This document shows, one piece after another, positions 12,650 through 29,419 of a DNA stretch of 62,000 nucleotides. Below the pieces are notes generated by a model that was not told the DNA's origin, searched no databases, and saw nothing but the letters and a program-made list of their open reading frames with translations. Source of the stretch: Octopus vulgaris (Eukaryota). The position numbers and the translations under genes are program-made. Position 1 is the stretch's first letter, and the number at the start of each line of letters is the position of its first letter. The DNA is taken from NCBI GenBank assembly GCA_951406725.2, contig OX597815.1:35484001-35546000 (forward strand), read 5' to 3'.

Positions 12650-14030
12650 CACCTTTAGCTAAGCAGATAACTTACACTATTGTTTTAAGTGTGTTTATCC
12701 ACATCTTTCAAACCCCTTAAATAAAACCCTCAACTCTTAACTTCGAGTGATGAACCCTATATACAGCACGTGGAGGGAATCTCTCTCTATCAGAAAACTG
12801 GAAGGTGTTTATCTATCCCTGCAACACCTACGAGACAACCATCGGTTGAATTAACTGATACATTTGTACATCGTATGACCTACAAACCGATCCCTTGTCT
12901 AGAGAATCTCTACCAACCTTACAACATCCTTCTACTCGCCATCTATTTCTTATCCCTTGGATCGGTAGCCTATTTCTTATCTCTTGGATCAGATCGCACC
13001 GCTTCAGCATATGTTGACGGAGTTCATTCTGTTTCATTTTCAATCAACTCTTGTGTTCGATAGACTTCGGTGCTGTCCCTGACTCTCTTTCTTCGATGCA
13101 TTAATGACCTACTTTCCACCAAATCCGACAACACCGTTTATGCAAATGTCAGGATCCTTCATTCTTAACCATGCATTATTTACATGCAACCTAAATATCA
13201 CACGCCAGATCTGTATTGATTCCATAAACGGAGCAATCTCCTACGGAGTCATGCGTACTTTATCTCTTAACTTCCAAACAAGCTCAAGCACTACTTATAT
13301 TAAGAAAACACCTCATCCCTTCGACTCGACCCTTCACATTTGCTCCAAATGCTGGGTTTCACTATTACCGAGGATTTCTCTTGACGAAAGCACAACTTTA
13401 GCATAGCTAGGACCGCATCCCAGAAAATATAACCAGAATACATTTCAGTCACCAACAGCTGCCGACACTACAAGGCACAATTGAGACCTACATTGAGTTC
13501 TGCGTTTACATCTGGGGTGGTGCTACTGGCACGCACACTGACTTTCTGGATTGTTATTGGAGAAGAGCCATTCGGCTGATTGACATTCCATCACCAACGG
13601 GCACACTCCAGTTTCTGGTTAACAGAAATGATGTTTCCACTCCCTCCCCCTCTCTCTCCCTTACTCTTTCTCTTCTTTTCCTCTCTCTCTCTCTCTCTCT
13701 CACTCTCCCTATTTCTTTCTCTTTCTCTCTCCCTTATACTCTTTCTCTTCTTTTTTCCTCTCTCTCCCTTTTTTCACTCGCTATTATAATGGGGTTTGCT
13801 CCTCGAATTTGGCATGTCTAGTAACACTCCTACTCAGACACACTCGACCAACTCTTCTCTCCACTTCCCGTCACCCTTGATTCATCCAACCACTTTTTCC
13901 CCTACCTAATCACTAACCCAATCCCTCGTCCTTCATACATTATCCCTAGGAACTTCCTCCCCATTCATATCTTTTCTACTGGTGTTGACCTGCAAGTGTT
14001 TAAACGGAACATTAACGACATCAAACTCAT
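12650..14030 (+). mobile_element. Decayed CR1/Jockey-like LINE, RT and C-terminal region
   Basis: Fragments read SINSCVR*TSVLSLTLFLRCINDLL, MLGFTITEDFS*RKHNFSIARTASQK, IEFCVYIWGGA...WRRAIRLID and DLQVFKRNIND. A CT microsatellite interrupts the element at about 13640-13780. Confidence 0.7.
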
Positions 14031-14212
14031 CAGTCTCAGGGACCTGCAAGGGGTCACAGGCCCTTTTCTTTGCTCCAGACTCAGCATGCAGAACAATGCC
14101 CCACTTTGATATATTGTTCATGCTTTATCATTCGCTCCTTTTGTCTTGTTTGTACTAATAATGCGTGTGTAAGAAAGAGAGAGAGAGAGCGTGTGTGTGT
14201 GTGTGCGCGCGC

Positions 14213-14277
<65 letters not shown>

Positions 14278-14659
14278 ACCCACCACTCGTCAGTCGTTGT
14301 TGGCTTGTTGACGTTCCCGTTGTACAGTGCGGTTCGGCAAAGAAACTGATAGAATAAGTACCAGGCTTTAAAAAAAATAAATGCTGGGGTTGATCTGCTC
14401 GACGAAAACCCTTCAGGGCAGAGCCCCACCCTCTCCTATATGGCTGCAGTCCAATAATGAAAGCAAGTAAAATTAGTTTCTTCTAATTAGGTTGATTAAT
14501 CTACAATTCGACGAGGTGGAAAATATGGCGATTTGAAGTTCATGACATTTCTAAGGATATTATTGGAGTAGATGAAATGAAATTGCTTGCAACCAAACAG
14601 TGGTCTTGACTCGGGACTAAGAAGCCTCTGCGTAGTCGCTCAACCTGCTAGAAATAGCA

Positions 14660-14990
14660 ACCAAGTTTCTGGCATTCCGTCGGTTAATACGACGAGGGTT
14701 CCAGTTGATCCGATCAATGGAACAGCTTGCTCAAGAAATTAACGTGCAGCTGAATGAGTACTCCACAGACATGCGTACCCTTAACGTAGTTCTCAGGGAA
14801 ATTCAGCGTGACAAAGAATGTGATAAGTCTGGCCCTTTGAAATACAGGTGCTAGTCATTTTTGGCAGATGAGCGACTGAAGCAACATGAAATAAAGTGCT
14901 TTGTTCAAGGACACAACAAGTCCTGGGAATTGAACTCACGATCGTAAGGTCGTGAGCCGAATACCCTAACCACTAAGCCACGCGCCTTCA
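14660..14990 (-). mobile_element. CORE-type SINE (family B), inverted copy
   Basis: Reverse complement of 28641-28965; ends in ...aaccactaagccacgcgccttca. Confidence 0.85.
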
Positions 14991-15841
14991 CTCCGAATTT
15001 CTAATGCCTTAGAAAAATAGGCTTATTTGATAATTTGGTGTTGAAAAATGAATCGAGAATGGAAGGCATTTCATATAGATCGTCTCGATATTGGTTAAAC
15101 AGCTGGAAGTAAATATCGAACTCGAAATTTTTGGTTTGCTTTTGACAACATAGGAAGGTTCTGAATTTTAAGAGTAAGATTATCCATTGTTGTGATGTTC
15201 ATGCATCAACAAAAGAGTTTAGTAACAAGGTAGATAATCCTCAGCATATAACTGATACCTTTGAATCTCTAATGGCATATGTGGTGAATAAATATAATTC
15301 ATCATTCAGGATGATACGAACTCGGTACCTCATGTGGCCTGCTCTAAAACACCGAAGTTAAACGTCTCTAAAAATTTACTCCGATATCTACCATTCTCAC
15401 CAAACTCCCAATCTACAGAAAACACTTCTCAGAAAACATTCATACATTCATATGGATATACAAGAAATATGGGAAAGCATTGTATGTTAATATGTCAAAG
15501 ATTTAAAGGAAGATTGTGAATGTTATGTCGAGGAAACTTACTCAATATATTGGACTACTTCCAAATAAGATGAAGAATTTATTTCTATTTTCATTTGTTT
15601 ATTATTATCTTTTTTTTTTTTTTTAGATTTTTCACAGTTTCTCAGCATTATATTTTATTTGATTTGATGTTGCACTATAAATGAACTTGCAGTTATTTTA
15701 GTTAGGGACTTTTTTTTATCTTTTATTGGAAATATTCAACGCTTCTGAATATATCAATATATGTGTTAGTTTCTGTAAACATATAAATATATATATACAT
15801 GTATGTATGTATGTATGTATGTATGTATGTATGTATGTATG

Positions 15842-15945
<104 letters not shown>

Positions 15946-16012
15946 ACATATATATAGATATATATATATATATATATACATATACACTGATACATATATA
16001 TATATATATGTT

Positions 16013-16044
<32 letters not shown>

Positions 16045-16048
16045 CACT

Positions 16049-16127
<79 letters not shown>

Positions 16128-16181
16128 TGCGTTAGATTAAATGTGTATATTGAAATCCATAAACACATAACTCTCACTCAA

Positions 16182-16213
<32 letters not shown>

Positions 16214-16453
16214 CCTTCTCTCTCTATATATATGCTCACACATAAACACCCCAACACACACACACACACACACATATGGGAACGGCTTTTCTTTCTATGT
16301 TCAACTAAAGACGACTGGGTTTGAGTTTAATCTTTTTTATTAAAGCTTTTTCATATTTCCTTATTAGTCCTTTATCTTATTGTGAATGCGAGTGTATACG
16401 TGCATCTATGTATATACACATACATATATATATGTGTGTGTGTGTGTATGTAC

Positions 16454-16523
<70 letters not shown>

Positions 16524-17128
16524 TATACATACTTATATGTATAAAATGCATGTGTGTGTGTGTGTGAGTAAATATAAGTATACGTATGAATGAAACGGAC
16601 TTAAATGTTGATGTTTCTTTTGTAAATATTGGATACCACGTGACAAGTAACACAAGGAATGTGATTATATTTTGTTGTTGGTTCGTTTGTTTTTATTTAG
16701 TATTTCTTCCGTCACCATAGTATCGGCTTCATTGATAGAGAAAAACATCTTGGAATATATTGATCGGCGGCCATATTGATTCCCTCTTACTGCACCCCCA
16801 GCGCCAACCTCTCGCGCGTGCAGGTATACGTAACAACAAACGTACGCATCCAAACAAAATAACGCGTTTACACGTTTACATACATGCATGTAAGAGTGTA
16901 AATACATAAATATACACATGCGCATATGCACACACACACATATATATATATGTATATATACACAAACACACACACACACATATGCATATATGCATATATG
17001 TACATATGTATCCACACACGCTCAAATACATGTAAACACGCACACACACACACACACATATATATACACACACACACACATATATATAGACACACACATA
17101 CATACATAAAAGGTTTCAAACGAACCAA

Positions 17129-17183
<55 letters not shown>

Positions 17184-17402
17184 CTCTGTGTATGTGTGCA
17201 TATTTGCATGTGAATGCATATGCATATATGTGTATACGTACACGTGTATATGTGTATGTACATTTATATATAAATATCTATGCACCAATACACATGCGTA
17301 TGCACGTATATGAATCCATATATATATATATATACACATACATATCTGATATATAAACATGATTTATGGCTATTATATTGAAAGAATATACTCCCTCTAT
17401 GC

Positions 17403-17443
<41 letters not shown>

Positions 17444-18319
17444 CAAATTTGTATAAGACTGCACGCGCGCACCCACGCTTACACTATATGCCATGAATCC
17501 TACGGAATCACCAACACCAAGACGATCATACACGTGAATGTGGCAACATCTGTCTCGTCCAGACATTTGATACTGCTCCAACAAACAAACTTAATTCAAT
17601 ACGCTGCCAATAGATTATATTTGAAATTTATCATAAAATCTGTCAATGCGTATTTTACATTTAATACCATTGCTGTGGCTCTGAAGAATTCTTCCACCTA
17701 TGATTACAATGAAATTGGCATCTTTATTGTATTGGAAATTTCAAGAACTTTTCAAGTTGCTTATTTGTTTATTTATTTAATTACTTATATGAATGTATGT
17801 GTGTGTATGTGTTTGCGTGTGTGTATGTGCGTGTATAGTGTGTGTATGAATATATATACGTACATACATATATAAATGCATATGTATATAAATAAATGGA
17901 TGTATATACATATATATAACATATAATATATATGATATATATGTGTGTGTATTATATATATAATATGTATATATATTATATATATGTGCGTATTATATAT
18001 GATATATATATATTTATATATGTATATATATGTATTATATATATGTGTGTGTATGTATGTATGTATGCATGCATATGCGTACATATATATGTGTGTGTGT
18101 GTATGTATATATATGTATATATATATATACATGTATGTAGGTAGGTAGTATGTATGTATATATATATGTATGTATGTAGGTAGGTAGGTAGTATGTATGT
18201 ATATATATATGTATGTATGTATGTATGTATGCATGTATGTATGTATGTATGTATGTATATACATGTGTGCATGTCTATATATGTGTGTATGTGTATGTGT
18301 GTGTGTGTATGTGTGTGTA

Positions 18320-18421
<102 letters not shown>

Positions 18422-18731
18422 GCTATTCGTCAAATATTTTTCTACTTCCTTTCTCTGTGTGTGTTCGTGAGAGCAGGTTGTTTAAAGATATCTACTCAAC
18501 TTTCTGATCAGCCAGATTATTTTCTCTTAATTTTGAATATTTACACACACAAACACACACAAACACACACAGATGTATGTATGTATGTATGTATGTATGT
18601 ATGTATGTATGTATGTATGTATGTATGTATGTATGTACGTACGTACGTACGTACGTATGTATGTATGTATGTATGTATGTATGTATGTATGTATGTATGT
18701 ATGTTTGTATGTATGTATGTATGTATGTATG

Positions 18732-18765
<34 letters not shown>

Positions 18766-19150
18766 TGTATGTATGTATGCATGTATGTATGAATGAACCT
18801 GTGCTATGCATGTATATTCAATAAATCACGAATTTATCTGGTATGGTTCTAAATATACCAATATTCGTATTTATTGTCTATATTTATGCTAGTAGCCGCT
18901 CAAAGTTATTTTTTTAAACTCATTTTCTTTTGATATTACAGACACACACACTCGTATAATTCTTATATATAGGCATGTATGTATATATAAGAATTTGATA
19001 AACTCTCGAGAGAACGGGAAATAATACTTTTTGGGAATAGTATTTCTCGAAGTGCACACGTAAAGCTATAAACAACAGAATGTAAATATTGGGTCGAAGA
19101 TCCCTTTGGGAGAGAAAAATTCGAAGGCATTTTCGACCAGAATACCAGTA

Positions 19151-19385
19151 CGCTTGGTGGTTAGGGTGTCAGCATCATGATCGTAAGATTGTGGTTTCGA
19201 TTCCTGGACCGGGCGACGCGTTGTGTTCTTGAGCAAAACACTTCATTTCACGTTGCTCCAGTCCACTCAGCTGGCAAAAATGAGTAACGCTGCGATGGAC
19301 TGGCGTCCTGTCCAGCTGGGGAACACATCCGCCATTGAAACCGGGAAACCAGGCCCATGTGCCTGGCTAGGCTTGAAAAGGGCGC
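19151..19385 (+). mobile_element. CORE-type SINE with an alternative 3' region
   Basis: Same head and CORE segment (ttgtgttcttgagcaaaacactt), then gcgatggactggcgtcctgtccag. A related tail lies inverted at about 57825-58000. Confidence 0.75.
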
Positions 19386-19564
19386 ATTTATTTTATTATA
19401 TATATATATATATGAAGAATCTACTAGAGTAGATGCAAGCGCTAATATATGATTTATAAAAACATGTGACGTATTAATAAAAATCTGTAAATGTACAACC
19501 ATCCAGATTTCCGAGTACCTAATTTTTTCTAATATATAATACCTGTACATCACCTCCAAACCTA

Positions 19565-20255
<691 letters not shown>

Positions 20256-20999
20256 CATATATATATACATACATACATACATACATATATACATACATAC
20301 ATACATACATATATACGCACGCACACACACGCACGCGCACACACACACACACACACACAATCGTCACTAAATGACTGAGGGTGCAAGTCAGCACCAGCAA
20401 TGCTAGAAGTAAGAGTCAAAACAACTCTTGGTCCGTGGCTAAGAGCTGTTTTGACTCTTATTTCAAGCGGCGGTGATAGTGGTGCTTCTGATGGGGTAGT
20501 GGTAGAGTAAGAGGAGAGAAAAACGACTGCTAATTCGCTGACCATTTATGTTCTTAAATTCGGTGAAATCTCTTTAAAACGTACTAGAGGTGTCCGAGTT
20601 AACCGAATGTATGCGTTAATTGAAGATACGGATTAGTACTGTATGCCTAAACGCTATTGAAGACATCTATACTGTATGCTAGACATGATTGAGAGTAACA
20701 AGATTTCAGATAATATTGTAAACATCCTACAACAGCGGTATTTTTGGCTTTTAGTCAGGTCTCCAACCGGCTGACAAATATTGGCAGACTTGCTCTGTCA
20801 ACAAGAAACTCAGGCTATCGGAGCAGGATTCTGATTGTAACTTATATGATAAACAATGAAGCTGAGATCTGTATATTTTATAAACTTATTTAACTTTACA
20901 GTACGCCTAAACCAAAAAGTTTAAATGGTAAATGGTAGATGTGTTTGATGTCATGATGTCAGAGGCGGAGGTGAATATGAAAACTATGTTTCATTGACC

Positions 21000-23200
<2,201 letters not shown>

Positions 23201-23595
23201 AGAAAGCTTGAACCACATTGAAAATCAATCTTATGCTGGTTGACTTGCCATCTTGAAATCATCTATCACACAAGTACCAAGATACATGCATGAATATACT
23301 CAAAGACTCATTATCTGTTCCGATTTGTGAGCAGAACCAACCAAAAGGGACCAAAATAGTTTTAATGCCAACAACTTCATCACTGGTATATATTTTTGTA
23401 GAGCTTTTCTACACATATGTGATTATATTGAAAGAACTGTTACTGAAAATTCCGTCATTGAAAACTTTTACTGTTTCATGTGTTCTATAGAATGGCAAAA
23501 ATGTGGTCTACCCCATCTTTACCTATTGGTTTGGTTTAGTAAACCTATAACTGCGGTCACATTGATACCCGTACCATTTTACTGACAATTTGGCT

Positions 23596-23726
<131 letters not shown>

Positions 23727-24126
23727 TGTTTGTATGTGGGTATGCAACGATGAATTGATGTCAATGCGTTACAGCTGTTTCAAAAGAATTTTTTAATTGA
23801 TTAATGAATACATTGTATCATTATAAAAAAAAACTGTTTTCTTCAGATGAAAACATGAACTATACAATTAAGGACGTTTAAAAAATTTTTTAAACTCCAC
23901 GGCTTGTGCATATTTTGTGATTCCACAACGCTGGTCGCAGAATGAGTTTATAACCTGAATATCTTTCTGCTTTTACTTCGGTACCAATCTTTGTATTCGT
24001 CTATAGTTGCTGGGTATGCATTTTAATTTTGACTCAACCCGATGCCTTACCATTTAAATGCCTTATTCACCTGAATTTTAATATAGATAGATAGCTAGAA
24101 AGATATATATATATATATATATATAT

Positions 24127-24199
<73 letters not shown>

Positions 24200-25924
24200 C
24201 AGATAGACGGACAGACAGACAGACAGACACATACATACATACATACATACATACATACATACATACATACATACATACATACATACATGTGCGTGTGTAT
24301 TATGTATGTATATGTATCGAAAATTCATTCCACAGCATGATTATGTTTTTAAACATATTAATACTGCATGAAACTTTGAGTTCTAAGAGTACTTTTCGGT
24401 GTTTCTTTAAGTCACCTTTACACACGTATTTTACATTGTATGTGACAGCAACGACTGGACTATTTCAAAAACTATCATGATAATGGTATATTAAACACAT
24501 ACAATAGACGCATGCTGGTAATCCATATTAGATGAGTCACAAATCGTGACTTAACCTACCGGTAAAGTCACAACTAAACGATGTCTCGAGCTTTTTTACT
24601 GTATCTTGAGTAAGGGAGCCGTCTTGATTTTGTTCAGAGATTCAGCTGTAAATACAGTGAGAACTAACTCCGCTTTATCACCCCTGCTTCTATTGCATCG
24701 TTTCTCAGTTTTATACAAAAACTTTATTGCGATCAAATAATCCAGGTGACGCTGAGAATGAAGAACATAAAAACAGCTGGTTAGTCTTGCTGAGTTTCGT
24801 GATTAAAATCTGCCTACAGTTCCGAAACTGCAGTATGAATTGACTACAGTTATTGCTTCTTCACCGTTTCCTGTCCATATCACGCATGCTGACATCGTGT
24901 TAAACAATACAAGCTGTAAACAATTGCCACAATTATAAACTACCACTGCCATGGTTAACCGTGCTACACTTGATGGCTACATGACAAAATGTTAATATCT
25001 TTCAACAACGACAACGCAAGAACTTTATATTTTAAGGAGACATGAAATGGAGAATGATTTCCTTGATGGCAAAAGTGACACAAAAGAAATGATGTGAAGA
25101 AAAAAGAAATTAACAAGAACAGTTTCTATCATAAGCGCAAGGAAGCCATTAAGTCAAACCCAGTATTTGACTGATGGAATTCATTTTGTCGACAAAGGAG
25201 GGGGAAATGGCAGATCCTATCAGGCGAAATTTGAACTGAGAATGTAAAAACGTTTAAGAAAATATCGAAAAGCAATCTGTCAGCCTCCCTACCGTTTCTA
25301 CCAAATATGAAATTTTAAAAATGACATCAATTATGAGAAAAGTAATTTAAGTATCTTTACAAATGATTTCTAACAAAGGCATAAAAGTCACAAAATTGGT
25401 GTGAGTGGGGGATGTAGTCGATCAAATGGCGGTTTCAAATTTGAGGTACATGGTTTCAAATTTGGTTGGAGGTTATGATGGTTTAAATCGATTCCAGAAC
25501 TTGACTGTGGCTTTATTTTATCGAACTTTGCAGGATAAAAGTCAAAATTAATGAAAATAATAATAGTAATAAATAATGTATATATAAATATATTTAAGTA
25601 CAAAACCAGTGAATTTTAATGGGATGTATAAGTTGATTTTAGGCTTTGTGCTTATAATAAAAGGTATTATTATTATTGAGTGAGGGGCATTGTATACCAT
25701 CAAAGTGATACTGGGGTAAAATATCTGAATCCCAGTATAGCCATCATGACTACCCGTCTAATCGGGGTACACCAGGCACACGAATCACAACTATATGACC
25801 TTGCAGGTGAGACCCAGTTAGAATTTTCTTCGGGTCGAATAGCCCATCCCGCTTAAAAGGTCCCTGCATAAGGGTTGTTTAACTATGTTTAACGATATAC
25901 CCACTACTACAGGTGCTGTTGTTG

Positions 25925-27130
25925 CTGCAGGCATTCTAGCTTCTATTATTCTGTCAGTCTGAATGTTAAGATCCCACATCTTATAGTTCTTACTTTCTAG
26001 CGCTTTACTAGAATCACTTTCATACCACTTATCAGTATGATCACATCCTAGCTTTCTAAATAACTCCCAGTGGACGATTCTCCCTAGGTTTCATGTCCTT
26101 TTTGTAGTTCTTCTGTACCAGCATACTACATTCACTAGCTATACGAGTGACACCTTCCTCCTTTAAGTTACATAACCTACACTGGAAATCTACCTAATTA
26201 TTAATCTCCCTCGGTTTTTATCTAGTTAGTCCTCAATACCTGATCTTGTGCTGCTACTAACAAACTTTCTGTTTCTCTTTTCAACCTTCCTTTCTGCAAC
26301 CACAATCATTACTATTTTCTGCAAATATCTTTGCAAATCTACAATGCAAAGCCTTCTCTAACCAGTCAGATGATCTTGCTTCCTTTTTCCGGTTTCTAAC
26401 TGCATTTGACTTTTTGGTTTCCCTATCTCCTACTTTTACACTAGCAGCTCTTGATAAGATTTCCTCACTCTTACCTGCATAGGAGGCTATATCTACTGAT
26501 ATTTAACTTCTTCCACCTTCTTTTCTAGATAAATGTAACCTTGCTACTCCTACTCTAGGGTGAACTCCTTCATTCATACTGAATTCTTTCCTAGTTTTTC
26601 TGCCTATATCTGCTAATTTAAGTTTTGCCCAATTTACAAAACCTGCTGACTAAGTAACGATACTGCCCAAATATTTACAGCCTTCACTAGATTCGGACCA
26701 TTTAACTTCGACTTCATTAATTTCGTCATCCTTCTAATTTACTCCTCAACTATCTCTTTCATTTCTATAGTTAGTACTCTGTCAGATTCTAAAACTCCGA
26801 GATACTTCTAACTTTCACCTTCTTTAAACGATTTTAATGTCTGGTCATCTGGTAACTGAAGGCCTTCACTGCTGACTACCTGTTCTTTTTTATGACTAAT
26901 ATCACGTTCTTATCTATGCCAAATTCCAGGGCTACCTTGTCGTGACTGTGCTTTTACTCTTTCTGCACAAAACTGCCACAAGCGCTAACGATGTGAGACC
27001 TTCTTCCTACACATTCTGAAGAGGTTCGTTTCACTTATGTGGTATCCCTTTTCACTGACTTGGTATTCAATGCCTGGCCCTGGGCAGCGATGTTCAAGCT
27101 TTCAGTGCTCTTTTTAAGGTCACCTTTGCT
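25925..27130 (-). mobile_element. Decayed R4/Dong-like non-LTR retrotransposon ORF
   Basis: Minus-strand fragments read KYLGVLESD...MKSKLNGPNLVKAVNIWAVS and HWELFRKLGCDHTDKWYE...WDLNIQTDRIIEARMP. Confidence 0.7.
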
Positions 27131-27686
27131 GAGCCACATTGTTGTTAGTTTAAGTTGTTAGTTTAGCGATGAAAGATAAAACTGACCATGTAGTTCCATT
27201 CGGAGTAGTGCTTCTTCTCTCTCGTTGGCTATTCGTGAACGGAATTCATTTGCACTCTCAACTTCATTGTTGGTAAAACCTTCTGCATTAACAGCAGGTT
27301 CTGAGTTCAAATTCTGCCGAGGCTGATGTTGCCAGACATCTTTTCGGGGTCGATAAAAATAAGTAGCAGTTGAACACTGGGATCGATGCAGTCGACTTAC
27401 CCCCTCTCCTTCAAGAATTGCTGGACCTATGTACCAAAATTTGAAACCACTATTATTATTAGTCGCTGCTGACCGAAGCATGTGTTAATTACAAGTTGCT
27501 CTCTCGGAAACAAAGGGTTTTAACTAATAAAGAGTTTTGTTTTGATTTCTTCTGTCTTTTTTTTTCTACCAAAACTAATCGCATAGAGATAACTTCCTAA
27601 AAATTGGAATCTCCACCTACTAGAGTTGGGAAAAGAAAAACTAAGATTTGTGCTTCAATTTTTGAACCAAGTTTTTCTATAATATT

Positions 27687-27803
<117 letters not shown>

Positions 27804-28640
27804 GGCTACGAATGTTCTGAGTGACGCCCCCAAAAAGAAAACTGATAATTAACAAAATAACACATTTCATTAAACAGAATACAGACAGGAAAAGATTAGT
27901 ATGTTGATCGCACAGCAAAATATTAATGGTGATCATGATCAAAAACAAAACACTATTTTAACATCCAGTTTGAATATCTCTGCTGAAAATGCCGACAAAA
28001 ACAACAACAGCTCTGTCACATACACACTGTCTTTGTCAAACGAAAGCATTTCGACGTTATCGCCTAGTAACAGCATCTTCGCTAGTATTTTAAATAATAC
28101 AGAATTCCTGGACATGAAACTTTTTTTTGTAGAAAAAAGTCAATTTGGAAAAGACACGTTTCTCAAAACAGCATCTCACTCGTCGAGTAAGCAAAGAAAA
28201 ATGTAGTCTACTTCTATTTCTTAAAAGATGGAGAATATTTTCAAATACTCTCAAAAGTACAGTTGGTTTAATCAACAGTTCTCTGTCCCTAATTTGTGAC
28301 ATTGTCCCTAAATTAGAAATAATTATATACTAGTGGGAGCCTGGGAAATTCCACAGAATGAAACAGATTAAGAGAAGATACTTAAGAGAGAAAGGATGAT
28401 TTGCATTTTCATTTTTATTTGGCTAAGTTATTTCACTTCTAGTCATAATAATGATATATTAGAGGATTTTAAGATTCCTCTCTTCTAGGCACTTTAACAT
28501 TTCTCTCTTTCTCTTCACCTCTCACTTCCACTAACTCTCTCTCACTCTCTATCTCTCTCTTAATGTAACTGCCTCCCTTGCCCATCTCCCTTTATCTGCC
28601 TTTTTTTAACCTCACCACCAGAACATTACTCTCTGATAGT

Positions 28641-28965
28641 GAAGGCGCGTGGCTTAGTGGTTAGGGCATTCGGCTCATGATCGTAAGGTTGTGAGTTCGA
28701 TTCCCGGCGACGCGTTGTGTCCTTGAGCAAGACACTTCATTTCACGCTGCTCTAATCTACTCAGCTAGCAAAAATGAGTTGTACCTGTAATTCAAGGGGC
28801 CAGCCTTGTCACACTCTGTGTCACGCTGAATCGCCTTGCGAACTACGTTAAGGGTACACGTGTCTGTAGAATGCTCAGCCATTTGCACGTTAATTTCACG
28901 AGCAAGCTGTTCCGTTGATCGTATCAGCTGGGACTCTCGTCGTCGTAACCGACGGAGTGCTCCTT
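28641..28965 (+). mobile_element. tRNA-derived CORE-type SINE (family B)
   Basis: tRNA-like head gaaggcgcgtggcttagtggttagg...gagttcgattccc, a CORE-like segment ttgtgtccttgagcaagacactt, and a long 3' region shared with the inverted copy at 14660-14990. Confidence 0.85.
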
Positions 28966-29419
28966 TCCTCTCTGATAAGTATTGTATCCCCAACATATCT
29001 CTTTTCCTTTGCCTTTCCTTAAAGTATGACAGCAGAGCAATGATAAAACCAAACAATACTAAATGCGGCGGAGACATGTCTATATCGTAAGACGCATGCT
29101 TCCCAACCACAGGGTTCCCAGTTTAGTCCCACTACATTGGACCTTGAGCAAGTTTCTTCTATAACCCCGGGCAGACCAAAGCCTTGAGCAGATTTGTCGA
29201 CAGAAACTGAAAGTCTGTCATATGTGTGTGGAGTGGGGTGTTATATAGATATAGATGTATATGATGATGGACTCTCCTGACGTGTTCGACGTATGAGGCT
29301 CCGACAACGTACTCTTTCTTTGCCATTCATAATGCCTATATCGAATGTGACATTTAAGTCACGTCAACGATTTGCAAAAAAGGCCACAGATGTTACAAGT
29401 ATGAGGATTACAGGTCAGT

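Noticed and set aside
14490-15520. Protein-like short frames (WKIWRFEVHDISKDIIG, LFDNLVLKNESRMEG, DDTNSVPHVACSK)
   Set aside because: The frames are broken by stops, the splice sites are weak and no family is recognised. It could be a decayed gene or transposon but cannot be supported.
27901-28333. Overlapping 101 aa and 62 aa Ser/Asn-rich ORFs
   Set aside because: Low complexity, with no motif and no splice support.
28641-28715. tRNA-like sequences at SINE heads
   Set aside because: They continue directly into SINE bodies and lack a complete cloverleaf, so they are not called tRNA genes.
28757-29110. 117 aa minus-strand ORF (..SQLIRSTEQLAREINVQ..), similar to a frame at about 14680-14850
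   Set aside because: It is the antisense reading of the shared SINE 3' region; the similarity reflects repeat homology, not a gene.
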